DNA of 64,000 nucleotides from Macrostomum lignano (lineage: Eukaryota): contig NIVC01001676.1 in NCBI GenBank assembly GCA_002269645.1, positions 188,075-252,074 on the forward strand, written 5' to 3'. The position numbers were made by a program, and so were the translations under genes. Position 1 is the first letter of the stretch; every line of letters starts with the position of its first letter. Below, piece by piece: positions 1 to 24,651 of the stretch. The notes beneath the pieces are model-generated. The model was not told the origin of the DNA and ran no database searches. It was given only the letters and a program-made list of their open reading frames with translations.

Positions 1-51
1 TATTTTGTGAAGAATGTCTAGTAGATCTATGCATCTATGCACTATTGTGTC

Positions 52-174
52 CTAGTGGTCCTTGTATTGTGTAATGAGTATTACAATTTTCACAAATATT
101 ATATTACAATTGCAATGTTGTAAGATACTATATGGTGTAACCTAACCTGATGCGCACGGTTCAAGGACCACTAG
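52..174. mobile_element. Small inverted-repeat element (MITE/HINE-like fragment)
   Basis: Perfect 13-bp IR ctagtggtccttg (52-64) / caaggaccactag (162-174) enclosing a taacctaacc motif; the same motifs recur at 7249-7288. Confidence 0.4.
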
Positions 175-984
175 AATATTATTAACAACTTTGCCTTTAT
201 CGAAAAATTTCAACATGGGAATTCAAGCGTTATTCTAGCAGTCCTTGACCACCGAGTTCTTGGCAGCGAACGCCCACCAACGCCTCTGCAGATTGTCTGT
301 TGTGTGGAAAATTTCATGTATAATTAAATTGAGCAAAATAAAGGCAAACTTGCATCGTCGATAATTCAAAAAATTTTTCGGCTCGACTTTTCTCGCACAC
401 AGCAAAAATTCGCCAATTCTCAGGGGTGAACACAATAATCAAGAATTCTCTCCACCAGACTGGAGCTGCACTTCTAGCTTGCATTTGGCCAAACACAGCC
501 AGCTCAGGAGGGATTTAATGAAATTACCCCAACAGTCAGTCCAACCCTCTCGCTAGCAATCCTGTCTTTTCAAGCAACCCCAGATAAGTTTCTCCAGAAA
601 AAACGCAAAAAGGGAAAACTACAGCTTAGCGGATTACTGACTGGATGCGTTTTCCCGGCTGAATTCCAATGCGCTGATAAAGTACATCCAGTCAGGACTG
701 CATGTCTGGCTGAACAAACTATCAAACATCAAAGTTATTCTACGCTTGCAACAACTACAACTACAAAGATATTGTAGAGTTAAGGGTTTGCGTTTAGTGT
801 GCTTACAGACCTCCTGTATATTTTATATAAACTGTTTGCGTGCTTTTATTTGTTGATAAAATTATTGTAAATTATTGATATGAGGCTAACCGATATCTCA
901 AAAATATAGAAATATTTGAAGTTTATTTTGAATATATTTGAATATATACTTTGAAGATGTCCTTGAGAGTCGAGGGTCTTGTGT

Positions 985-2170
985 GTCCTTGAGCTGACCG
1001 AAATCAGAGAGTCAGTCGAGGGTCTAGGATGTCCTTGAGCTGACCGGATCCAGAGAGTCAGTCGAGGGTCTAGGATGTCCTTGAGCTGACCGAAATCAGA
1101 GAGTCAGTCGAGGGTCTAGGATGTCCTTGAGCTGACCGGATCCAGAGAGTCAGTCGAGGGTCTAGGATGTCCTTGAGCTGACCGAAATCAGAGAGTCAGT
1201 CGAGGGTCTAGGATGTCCTTGAGCTGACCGGATCCAGAGAGTCAGTCGAGGGTCTAGGATGTCCTTGAGCTGACCGGATCCAGAAAGTCAGTCGAGGGTC
1301 TAGGATGTCCTTGAGCTGACCGGATCCAGAGAGTCAGTCGAGGGTCTAGGATGTCCTTGAGCTGACCGGATCCAGAGAGTCAGTCGAGGGTCTAGGATGT
1401 CCTTGAGCTGACCGAAATCAGAGAGTCAGTCGAGGGTCTAGGATGTCCTTGAGCTGACCGGATCCAGAGAGTCAGTCGAGGGTCTAGGATGGCCTTGAGC
1501 TGACCGGATCCAGAGAGTCAGTCGAGGGTCTAGGATGTCCTTGAGCTGACCGGATCCAGAGAGTCAGTCGAGGGTCTAGGATGTCCTTGAGCTGACCGGA
1601 TCCAGAGAGTCAGTCGAGGGTCTAGGATGTCCTTGAGCTGACCGAAATCAGAGAGTCAGTCGAGGGTCTAGGATGTCCTTGAGCTGACCGGATCCAGAGA
1701 GTCAGTCGAGGGTCTAGGATGGCCTTGAGCTGACCGGATCCAGAGAGTCAGTCGAGGGTCTAGGATGTCCTTGAGCTGACCGGATCCAGAGAGTCAGTCG
1801 AGGGTCTAGGATGTCCTTGAGCTGACCGAAATCAGAGAGTCAGTCGAGGGTCTAGGATGTCCTTGAGCTGACCGGATCCAGAGAGTCAGTCGAGGGTCTA
1901 GGATGGCCTTGAGCTGACCGGATCCAGAGAGTCAGTCGAGGGTCTAGGATGTCCTTGAGCTGACCGGATCCAGAGAGTCAGTCGAGGGTCTAGGATGTCC
2001 TTGAGCTGACCGGATCCAGAGAGTCAGTCGAGGGTCTAGGATGTCCTTGAGCTGACCGGATCCAGAGAGTCAGTCGAGGGTCTAGGATGTCCTTGAGCTG
2101 ACCGGATCCAGAGAGTCAGTCGAGGGTCTAGGATGTCCTTGAGCTGACCGGATCCAGAGAGTCAGTCGAG
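985..2170. repeat. 46-bp minisatellite, ~26 copies
   Basis: Unit gtccttgagctgaccggatccagagagtcagtcgagggtctaggat, with variants gaaatc/ggatcc and gtcc/ggcc. Confidence 0.97.
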
Positions 2171-2639
2171 AATCCTTTCAAAGCCTCATTGTCAGTCACG
2201 TCCCTTTCTCATGCATTGGACGATGAGCCTGCGCGAGAACTACAGTTAATTTTCCATAAACACTTGAGCAGAACCCCCCGCGGTTTTGAGCTCAAATCCC
2301 ATTTCTCAATCCTCGACTTCAATCCTAGCTGAAGTCTGTTTGAGTCAAGGGTGGCTGGACGGGGATTCGGGAGCGCGGCCTCTCATCCTCCCCACCCCAC
2401 CGCTAATCCGCTGGGAAAGCGCCGCCGCGCAGGAGGGGCGGCGAAATCTGAGAGATGAGGAATGGAGCAGGAAGCTGAACAAATCATTCATCCTGGGAGC
2501 CCCCCCCCCGGCCCGGGGCCACGGCGAATGATTTCTGCTTCTACTTGCTGCCAGCTGCTTCAACTCTGCTGTTCGAAAGCTGCAATGCACTTTTGATTGT
2601 GAAATTATAACAAAAATATATGAAATTTTTGACCTTGTC

Positions 2640-2990
2640 TCGAATCTTATTCTCAAAGTCTCAAATCTCATTTTTAGTTTAAAATCTCTTTATTAGCCTC
2701 AAATCTCATTCTTAGCCTCGAATCTTATTCTCAAAGTCTCAAATCTCATTCTCAAAGTCTCAAATCTCATTCTCAAAGTCTCAAATCTCATTCTCAAAGT
2801 CTCAAATCTCATTCTCAAAGTCTCAAATCTCATTCTCAAAGTCTCAAATCTCATTCTCAAAGTCTCAAATCTCATTCTCAAAGTCTCAAATCTCATTCTC
2901 AAAGTCTCAAATCTCTTTTTTAGTCTAAAATCTCATTATTAGTTTCACATCTCCTTCTTAGCCTTAAATCTCATTCTCAAACTCTTTAAG
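2640..2990. repeat. 21-bp minisatellite
   Basis: Unit tctcaaatctcattctcaaag; perfect core ~2720-2915 with degenerate flanks; source of the MRFETLR ORF. Confidence 0.93.
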
Positions 2991-3117
2991 TCAAAGAATG
3001 TTCAGCCCAATCAGCATAAAATGAGTCAGTTTTATTGTCTCTCGTGATCGATACAACAAATCAGATTGGAAGTAGAAGTTTTTCGTCAAACGAGACCGCG
3101 GTAGCTAAGCAGGAAGG

Positions 3118-15339
<12,222 letters not shown>

Positions 15340-16153
15340 TGGGATTGATTGATAGAGTTCAGGTAGTGGTGCTGCTCAGGCGGAGCTCAACACAGCCGCT
15401 CGATGCACACGGAGAAGCTTAATAAATATGCCCACCGAATCGCCACAGCTACACCTTATCTACTTGCCCCGTTTCTCTCGCATGCGCTTTTGGTTGGCAA
15501 ACTGCGCGCATAGCTAACAATCTGGTTGCCATTGGCTACCGGTGTAAACAGGTGCAATAAACAAGCCTCAAGTAGCGCGGCTTCCACGCGCAATTCTTAT
15601 CAAAAATTACGCGACAGATTTTGGATTGAAATCTGTCGCTGCTTGTGACCAACTGCGCCGTATGGAGAGCGAACTCGAAGTGGTGTCTGATAAGATGCTC
15701 TAGCTTTAGGCTACTGCATGCTCGACAGCCGCGCGTGGCATTGAGAGCAATTTAAAATGTTCGTCATGGACACTTTTGTGGGCGTTATCTATCAGAGAAT
15801 CCGCTGCAGATGGACTGGGTTCACTGCTAATGGGAGAATGGGGCAACGATCTAGCGTACGAATTTTCAAGTCTTTTCTAGCCAAGCTTGACGAGACACTT
15901 TATTTTTTCTCGATGTCAACTGAATTCAATAGCTGTTCGACAATACGTCCCATTGCGGCCTGCACTTAAACAGGCCTGTCACAATAGTTAGACAATCCGA
16001 TGAGGTACCAGCTTTATTGCAGAATCTACCGGCAAAAAATGTAAGTTTTTATTCTAAAATGTTTGCGTAAATTATCAAGGACCTCTGCGATATAGTTCCA
16101 TGGATAGAGCCAAGTTTCCGGTCCCACTTAAGTCTCACATTGTCTGTCTCTCA

Positions 16154-17705
16154 TTAATCACTGCGGACCGAACGGCCCTCCGTAGACAGGAACTTCTCCA
16201 TTGCGTACTTGCACAGCGCCAGACACACCGAGGCGCTGGGCGGTTCAATCACAGCCACCACTGGGCCATCGAACAACTCGCCGTCAGCGTCATGGAACAG
16301 ACTTGCAGCTTCAACCACAGCTGCCTTGGACAAGGCTGGGAGATCGGCGACGGCAGACCGCTGCTCCGAATCCGCCAGGAAGACCAGCCAGCAGCGAGGA
16401 TGGTCGGAGCCCGGAGCCGACAGGGCTTGACAAATGGCTTCAACACCCCGGCAGACGGCGACATCCGCACTGGCTAGGTTGTCGCTGAGCTCGACGCTTA
16501 ACTGTCCTTCGCTGTTGTGGACGACATAGCCGCCAAAAGAGGCCACTCGGAATGGCGAAGTCTTCGCGAATCGGCGCATGAGGCCGTCAAGACAGGCAGC
16601 CTCGAACTGCCGCAGCAGCGGCGGCAGCGGGGCCACCGTCAGGACGCGACCGCTGTCGCAGTCGCACAGGACGACAACGCCGTCGATTTGGTGACCCGAT
16701 TCGAGATTGACGGTTTGCGTTACCGAGCCGGCCAGGCCGTCCTCACGGCGCACCATCTGGGAGGGCAGCTGCACCGCGCAGGCCTGGATGGTGGCGGACA
16801 AAAGTCGCTGAACAGACGGCATGGCGACATCGCCGGACATCACCGGACAGCAGGCAGACAGCAGCACGGCGCGTAGCTCCTCGGCTCTGGCCAGCCGCTG
16901 CAGCAGCGCCTCGTCGAGGAACAGAGGACCAGACTGCGGGGCAGTCGGGTGCGGCGCTGAGGGATTATGTGATGAGGAACTGAGGGATTCTGTGATGAGG
17001 AACTGAGGGATTCTGTGATGAGGAACTGAGGGATTCTGTGATGAGGAACTGAGGGATTCTGTAATGAGTAACTGAGGGATTCTGTAATGAGGAACTGAGG
17101 GATTCTGTGATGAGGAACTGAGGGATTCTGTAATGAGTAACTGAGGGATTCTGTAATGAGGAACTGAGGGATTCTGTGATGAGGAACTGAGGGATTCTGT
17201 GATGAGGAACTGAGGGATTCTGTGATGAGGAACTGAGGGATTCTGTGATGAGGAACTGAGGGATTCTGTGATGAGGAACTGAGGGATTCTGTGATGAGGA
17301 ACTGAGGGATTCTGTGATGAGGAACTGAGGGATTCTGTGATGAGGAACTGAGGGATTCTGTAATGAGGAACTGAGGGATTCTGTAATGAGGAACTGAGGG
17401 ATTCTGTGATGAGAAACTGAGGGATTCTGTGATGAGGAACTGAGGGATTCTGTGATGAGGAACTGAGGGATTCTGTGATGAGGAACTGAATGATTCTGTG
17501 ACCAAGGAACAAAGGGATTCTGTGATGAGGTGACATATAATGTGATGAGGAACTGAGGGATTCTGTGATGAGGAATTGAGGGATTCCGTGACGGGACACC
17601 GAGACAGCCAAGGCTTTTATGAAATTCCCATCTTAAAAGTTCCAGTGCATGACTGCTTACTGCAAATAGTATACAGTAGTAGCAAAGCAATTTTTCGAAA
17701 GTCAT
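16154..17705 (-). CDS. Uncharacterised orphan protein (~274 aa if the two-exon model holds)
   Basis: GC-rich, coding-like exon 16933-16154 (780 nt, acceptor ccgcag). Candidate exon 1 17705-17661 (MTFEKLLCYYCILFA, donor gtaagc, phase 0) joins in frame across a minisatellite intron. No family recognised; exon 1 is tentative. Confidence 0.6.
16957..17585. repeat. 23-bp minisatellite
   Basis: Unit gaggaactgagggattctgtgat, ~26 copies. Confidence 0.96.
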
Positions 17706-18113
17706 TCAGTCAACAAATAATTATCTGAAAATTGATAATCAAAAGTTCGTAATGAATCAATCAATGAATTAAAAAAATCAGTATATTTTGATAATATAAA
17801 AATACCAAAGCGGAAGATATTCAATGATAAACGCAGTGAATCAAAGACAACTCCAAACTCAAAGATCAACTCTAGAAAAAAGGAAGCTAATGGATTTAAA
17901 AATTGCTCAACATCTTTGGCATATTGGCTAGACTTTTCGCGATAAAACTACCATGATAAATATATAATGAACGAATAAAATTGAAATTTAAAATATGAAT
18001 AAATTCAATTCATGCTACTGCCGTTAGAGCACTGTAATTTGACTTGTCCAAAAAAATAGTTGTTTAGCTTAATGGAAGCTGTCAGAATCTGGTCAAAAGA
18101 TTGCAATTTTTCA

Positions 18114-20542
18114 TTAATCCTTCCTCAGCAGCTCAAACCCGCTGCTCACATCCGGCGGGTTCATCCAGTTTTCAGATGACCAGCTGGTGCCAGGGGGCAG
18201 GTCGATCACGTGCCAGGTGTTACTGTCCCTGGACTTCTGGCTGCCGTTCTCCTTGCTCATATGCAGCACGAAGCCGTCAATCAGCACCAGGGAGCCGCGC
18301 TTCACCTGCGAGTTTGGCACAAATACTGCGGATGTAGGGCGGTACAAAGACTGAGGATGTAGGGGCGGCACAAAGACTGGGGATGTAGTGGGGGAACAAA
18401 GACCGAGGTTCTACGAAGTGCACCACAAAGGCGACACAAAGACTGAGGATATAGGGGCGGTACAAAGACTCAGGATGTAGGGCGGCACAAAGACTGAGGA
18501 TGTGGTGGCGGAACAAAGACCGAGGTTCTCTGAATTGCACCACAAAGGCGCCACAAAGACTCAGGATGAGAGGGCATTACAATGACTGAGGATGTAGTGG
18601 CGGAACAAAGACCGAGGTTCTATGAAGTGCACCACAAAGGCGACACAAAGACTAGTGACATTACCAGGTGCCGCAAGACCCTCACCTCGCAAGGCACGTA
18701 TCTCTCAATGGGCACGATCTCGTTGGGATCTCTGCCAACGAAAGTCATGCTAACCCGGCCGTCCTGGCCGATCTCCCGCTTGAACCGGCGTCCGTCCACC
18801 AGTCCGGAGCGGTGCGAGCCGGGCACGAACCACAGGCAGCCGTTCTCCTGCGTGGTGTCCTCCAGCGGGATCCAGTAGCCAATCAGGTGCGGCTCCGTCG
18901 GCTCCGTCCACAGGAAGGTGGCGTCCTGATGCGAGTCGACGCAACCGCCGATGCGCGGCTGCTTGAAGATGTACATGCTCTGGCAGATGCGGGGCACCTG
19001 CGGAGAGTCGGGACAGACAACAATATGTCTGAAGAAGCTTTGAGAAGGCAAGAAAAAAGCTGGCATCAATAGAGAAGGACAAACAGAAGCTAGCAAAGCA
19101 GAAGCCGGACTATGCATTCCGAAACAACACGGCTCAGGGAAAGTCTTATGGCTGGCAGTGGTTTTCGACTGAGGAACACAGTCAGTATTCTCGCTCAATC
19201 GCAAATCATCCAGTGCCGTCACGTAGGCAACCGTTTCGTCAAATGACGACAATCGTCCTGATGTTTATCAGTAGACATGGTCAAATTATTCAAGATCTGC
19301 AATCTGCAACAAGAAGATTCCGCAAATTTCGCTTATTCCGACGTTTACTAGTTTACTAAGATGTCTCGAGTACGCGCAAGATCAGCGTGAGAGTTTCAGG
19401 GTTCGAATGCGCGGCAAGATGACAATAACTTGGATTTCTGGTCTGACGCTTTAACATTACCAGGTTGAACATGGCTACCTCGCCAGGCACTGCTTCTTCC
19501 GAGGCTACCTCGAGAGTTAACTTTGCCCTTTTTGCGAGTACGACAATGAAGACGCTCAGCACTTTGTTTGTCTCTGCCCTTTCTTTACCAGAAACCGGCT
19601 AAAGCTACGAGCTACCTCGGGCCAAACCCGTCCATTGACGAGGTCTGCCAGCCCGACAGCATCCCACGGCTCATCCAGTTCCTTCGGGCGACAAGACGAG
19701 CCACTTTCTTCCCCACGGAAGATCCCGCTGCAGAACGAACCGGCGGACCACCCTGACCGGCCCCACGCATCTGCCTGTCTGCGGGCCTTCAGGGGCTGGC
19801 GGAATGGGCGACCCTCGCCTCCCCGCTGTGTCTACGGACCACCCTGCAGCTAAGTCAAGTAAGTCAACACGCCTGATGATGAAAATGCCCGTCAAGATTT
19901 ACACCCTGTGTGCGTGCCTCGTGCATGTTTAGGGGTCAGCGGGATGGGCATAATTACTGACCAGCCTCTTCTTTGGCTGCTTGCCAACTGTCCGAAAAAA
20001 GCACAAAACACAGAGTATTCACAGGACTCACCTGGAATCCGAGATCCCTACTAATAGCCTGAGCCCTGGGATCAAAGGTGACGCGCCGGAAGCCGGGACA
20101 CTCCACATGCAGGTAGTGGCCCAGCTTGTTGATGCACTGGTTGCGAGGAGCCGTCAGCTCGCCCTTGTCGTTGAAGGCGTCCTTCTCAAAGAAGAAGGCC
20201 ACCTTGTTCCAGCTGTCGAAGAAGTACTGCTGGGAGCGGTAGCTCTGCTCGGCCTCGTTGTCGCGGTTCTTGGCGTCAAAGATGGTCCGGTGCTCGTCCA
20301 GGTTGAACGTGGCAGTCAGCTGGTGGCACTCTTTACGGAGCTCTTCGCACTGCTCAGGACTGAGGAAGCTGTCAATCACCAGGTAGCCATTGTCAGCATA
20401 GAACTGGCGCTGCTCAGGGGTCAGGTAGCTTTGCATTGCGCGCTGGAAAGAACACGAATTTATGTGCCTCTTCCAACTTTATACAGACAGAAAATCTGTA
20501 CACCTGTTTAAAATTGAGTGTCACTGTTACCTTGACGGGCAT
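18114..20542 (-). CDS. PHYHD1: Phytanoyl-CoA dioxygenase domain-containing protein 1-like, copy A (308 aa)
   Basis: Exons 20542-20531 (MPVK), 20442-20032, 18997-18686, 18305-18114; 927 nt in frame. Motifs QSMYIFKQPRIGG, HQD iron motif, WIPLED...NGCLWFVPGSH, GSLVLIDG.VLH.S..N.S..SR. Confidence 0.92.
18320..18655. repeat. ~27-bp degenerate minisatellite in PHYHD1-A intron 3
   Basis: Unit cacaaagactgaggatgtagggcgg(ta); homologous array at 23385-23620 in copy B. Confidence 0.85.
19440..19870 (+). mobile_element. Degenerate LINE 3' end (I/LOA/R1-like ORF2 C-terminus) in PHYHD1-A intron 2
   Basis: Translates to HGYLARH...CPFC..EDAQHFVCLCP (CCHC knuckle), then YLG...IDE...IPRLIQFL; internal stop and frameshift; aagtc-type tail; absent from the 121-bp intron 2 of copy B. 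Confidence 0.7.
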
Positions 20543-20934
20543 GGTGGGATCAGGTCCGGCCCGCTACGGGACTGTTAGGTAAGAACAGTGACCTCTGTGT
20601 AACTGTACAATGTGACCCTCGATATGACCCTAAAAATCTAAACTGTACTGTGACCGTTGTGACGTGTGACAAGTGAAAGTGACCTCCTCAAAGTGAGCGT
20701 CCTGTGCAAATCTGGGCTCAGTGTCGGCGAAAACTAAAAAAACAGATTTGTACTCGTAGCAAGTGTTGCTTTATATTTTATCGTGGCACGCCTATCCAAC
20801 ATCAACTCAGGCGGCTGAATCACTGTCTCTCGAGGCCTCATTCTGTGCGTCTTTAGACGGGCCTTTCTATGGATCTTCCGACAAAACCTCCGGAGGGTCA
20901 TCTAACGGATATTACAGGCGTACGTCGGATCGTT

Positions 20935-22660
20935 CTGCGCATGATTCGGCAGTTAATTCAAGTACACGATCCGAAGGTCATTCAGTGCGCGATCCGGCAG
21001 TTAATTCAAGTACACGATCCGAAGATCACTCAGTGCATGATCCGGCAGCTAATTCAAGTACACGATCCGAAGTTCATTCAGTGCATGATTCGGCAGTTAA
21101 TTTAAGTACACGATCCGAAGGTCATTCAGTGCGCGATCCGGGAGTTAATTCAAGTACACAATCCGAAGATCATTCAGTGCATGATCCGGCAGTTAATTCA
21201 AGTACACGATCCGAAGATCACTCAGTGCGCGATCCGGCAGTTAATTCAAGTACACGATCCGAAGGTCATTCATTGCATAATCCGGCAGTTAATTCAAGTA
21301 CACGATCCGAAGTTCATTCAGTGCATGATCCGGCAGTTAATTCAAGTACACGATCCGAAGGTCATTCATTGCATAATCCGGCAGTTAATTCAAGTACACG
21401 ATCCGAAGGTCATTCAGTGCATGATCCGGCAGCTAATTCAAGTACACGATCCGAAGTTCATTCAGTGCATGATCCGGCAGCTAATTCAAGTACACGATCC
21501 GAAGGTCATTCAGTGCACGATCCGGCAGCTAATTCAAGTACACGATCCGAAGGTCATTCAGTGCATGATCCGGGAGTTAATTCAAGTACACGATCCGAAG
21601 GTCATTCAGTGCATGATCCGGCAGCTAATTCAAGTACACGGTCATTCAGTGCATGATCCGGCAGCTAATTCAAGTACACGGTCATTCAGTGCATGATCCG
21701 GCAGCTAATTCAAGTACACGATCCGAAGGTCATTCAGTGCATGATCCGGGAGTTAATTCAAGTACACGATCCGAAGGTCATTCAGTGCATGATCCGGCAG
21801 TTAATTCAAGTACACGATCCGAAGGTCATTCAGTGCATGATCCGGCAGCTAATTCAAGTACACGATCCGAAGGTCATTCAGTGCACGATCCGGCAGCTAA
21901 TTCAAGTACACGATCCGAAGTTCATTCAGTGCATGATCCGGCAGCTAATTCAAGTACACGATCCGAAGGTCATTCAGCGCATGATCCGGCAGCTAATTCA
22001 AGTACACGGTCATTCAGTGCATGATCCGGCAGTTAATTCAAGTACACGGTCATTCAGTGCATGATCCGGCAGCTAATTCAAGTACACGGTCATTCAGTGC
22101 ATGATCCGGGAGTTAATTCAAGTACACGATCCGAAGGTCATTCAGTGCATGATCCGGCAGTTAATTCAAGTACACGATCCGAAGGTCATTCAGTGCACGA
22201 TCCGGCAGTTAATTCAAGTACAGGATCCGAAGGTCATTCAGTGCACGATCCGGCAGTTAATTCAAGTACACGATCCGAAGGTCTTTCAGTGCATGATCCG
22301 GCAGTTAATTCAAGTACACGATCCGAAGGTCATTCAGTGCACGATCCGGCAGCTAATTCAAGTACACGATCCGAAGGTCATTCAGTGCATGATCCGGTAG
22401 CTAATTCAAGTACACGGTCATTCAGTGCATGATCCGGCAGCTAATTCAAGTACACGATCCGAAGGTCATTCAGTGCATGATCCGGCAGCTAATTCAAGTA
22501 CACGGTCATTCAGTGCATGATCCGGCAGTTAATTCAAGTACACGATCCGAAGGTCATTCAGTGCATGATCCGGCAGCTAATTCAAGTACACGGTCATTTA
22601 GTGCATGATCCGGCAGTTAATTCAAGTACACGATCCGAAGGTCATTCAGTGCGCGATCCG
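20935..22660. repeat. 48-bp minisatellite with 40-bp deletion variants
   Basis: Unit cagttaattcaagtacacgatccgaaggtcattcagtgcatgatccgg; the variants lack atccgaag. Confidence 0.97.
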
Positions 22661-23184
22661 ACAGGTCGTTTAGAAGCCACTTGAGACTGCGTCAATCTTT
22701 GAATGAAAAACTCAGAACATATTGCTGCTACAAGAAACTTGAAATTTTAAGTGTCCTGGGTGGAAGAGCGGTCACGTGACAGCTGGGTTTGTGGGACATA
22801 CGGATGACTTGAATTTTGGCATTCAAATCTGTTAAAAACAAGAATTTATAAATAGTAATTCATAAAGTTAGAGCAGAAAAAAAGTTAAAATTTAAATGTC
22901 AGTTTTATTTTGTTAAAATGAGATTCAGAACAAGTCAAAAAATTCATCAACAGAAAAAATTTGTTGCTTCAAACATTTTCAGGATAAAAAGCTACCGGGG
23001 TCCTTCAATAAAAAAAAGAATAAAATTTACCTCTTAATTTGATGATTTCTTACAGTGGAGCATACAAAATAATGTCATAGATTTCTTATACCGGAAACAG
23101 ACATTTTTTCAATAAAAATTTGCTTACGGAAATTTCAGTGCTTTGGCTGCTGAAGTAAAGTGACACAAGCTTCAGTGTCTATGG

Positions 23185-24494
23185 TCATTCCTTCCATAGC
23201 AGCTCAAACCCGCTGCTCACATCCGGCGGGTTCATCCAGTTCTCGGCTGACCAGCTAATGCCGGGGGGCAGGTCGATCACGTGCCAGGTGTAGCAGTCTC
23301 TTGACTTCTGGCTGCGGTTCTCGTTGCTTCTGTGCAGCACAAAGCCGTCAATCAGCACCAGGGAGCCGCGCTTCACCTGCGAGTTTTGCACAAAGACTGG
23401 GGATGTAGGGCGGTACAAAGACTGGGGATGTAGGAGCGGTACAAAGACTGGGGATGTAGGGCGGTACAAAGACTGGGGATGTAGGGCGGTACAAAGACTG
23501 GGGATGTAGGAGCGGTACAAAGACTGAGGAAGTAGGGGCAGCACAAAGACTGAGGTTGTAGTAGGCGGAACAAAGACCGAGGTTCTATGAAGTGCACCAC
23601 AAAGGCGACACAAAGACTAGTGACATTACCAGGTGCCGCAAGACCCTCACCTCGCAAGGCACGTATCTCTCAATGGGCACGATCTCGTTGGGATCTCTGC
23701 CAACGAAAGTCATGCTAACCCGGCCGTCCTGGCCGATCTCCCGCTTGAACCGGCGTCCGTCCACCAGTCCGGAGCGGTGCGAGCCGGGCACGAACCACAG
23801 GCAGCCGTTCTCCTGCGTGGTGTCCTCCAGCGGGATCCAGTAGCCAATCAGGTGCGGCTCCGTCGGCTCCGTCCACAGGAAGGTGGCGTCCTGATGCGAG
23901 TCGACGCAACCGCCGATGCGCGGCTGCTTGAAGATGTACATGCTCTGGCAGATGCGGGGCACCTGCGGAGAGTCGGGACAGACAACAATAAGTCTGAAGA
24001 AGCTTTGAGAAGGCAAGGGTCAGGAACAGCGTATAATGGAAGCACGTGGAATCCAGATCCTCGCTAATAGCTAATTTACTCACCTGGAATCCCAGATCCC
24101 TACTAATAGCCTGAGCCCTGGGATCAAAGGTGACGCGCCGGAAGCCGGGACACTCCACATGCAGGTAGTGGCCCAGCTTGTTGATGCACTGGTTGCGAGG
24201 AGCCGTCAGCTCGCCATTGTCGTTGAAGGCGTCCTTCTCAAAAAAGAAGGCCACCTTGTTCCAGCTGTCGAAGAAGTACTGCTGGGAGCGGTAGCTCTGC
24301 TTGGCCTCGTTGTCACGGTTCTTGGCGTCAAAGATGGTCCGGTGCTCGTCCAGGTTGAACGTGGCAGTCAGCTGGTGGCACTCTTTACGGAGCTCCTCGC
24401 ACTGCTCAGGACTGAGGAAGCTGTCAATCACCAGGTAGCCATTGTCAGCATAGAACTGGCGCTGCTCAGGGGTCAGGTAGCTTTGCATTGCGCG
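23185..24494 (-). CDS. PHYHD1: PHYHD1-like, copy B (no MPVK micro-exon found)
   Basis: Exons 24494-24084, 23962-23651, 23376-23185 with the same sizes as copy A (411/312/192 nt); intact frame; in-exon ATG at RAMQSY. Confidence 0.88.
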
Positions 24495-24651
24495 CTGGAA
24501 AGAACATAAATGGTACACAAGTTTATGATGGTATATTTCTAGTTCTACAAAGGTTCATAGATATAAAAGTTCTATCTATACTAGGGTTTTGTGGTATATA
24601 TAGGAGTCATGGCATTCATGGTCATGAAATTTTTAAGTTCTAGAATTTACT

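Noticed and set aside
180-960. Possible retroelement or gene remnant
   Set aside because: No RT, endonuclease or other motif recoverable in any frame by eye.
985-2170. CRISPR-like regular array
   Set aside because: Contiguous units without unique spacers, no cas genes, eukaryotic context; the same applies to all other arrays.
18114-24494. One gene with two tandem dioxygenase domains
   Set aside because: Copy B ends in an in-frame TGA at 23185 and copy A has its own ATG micro-exon.
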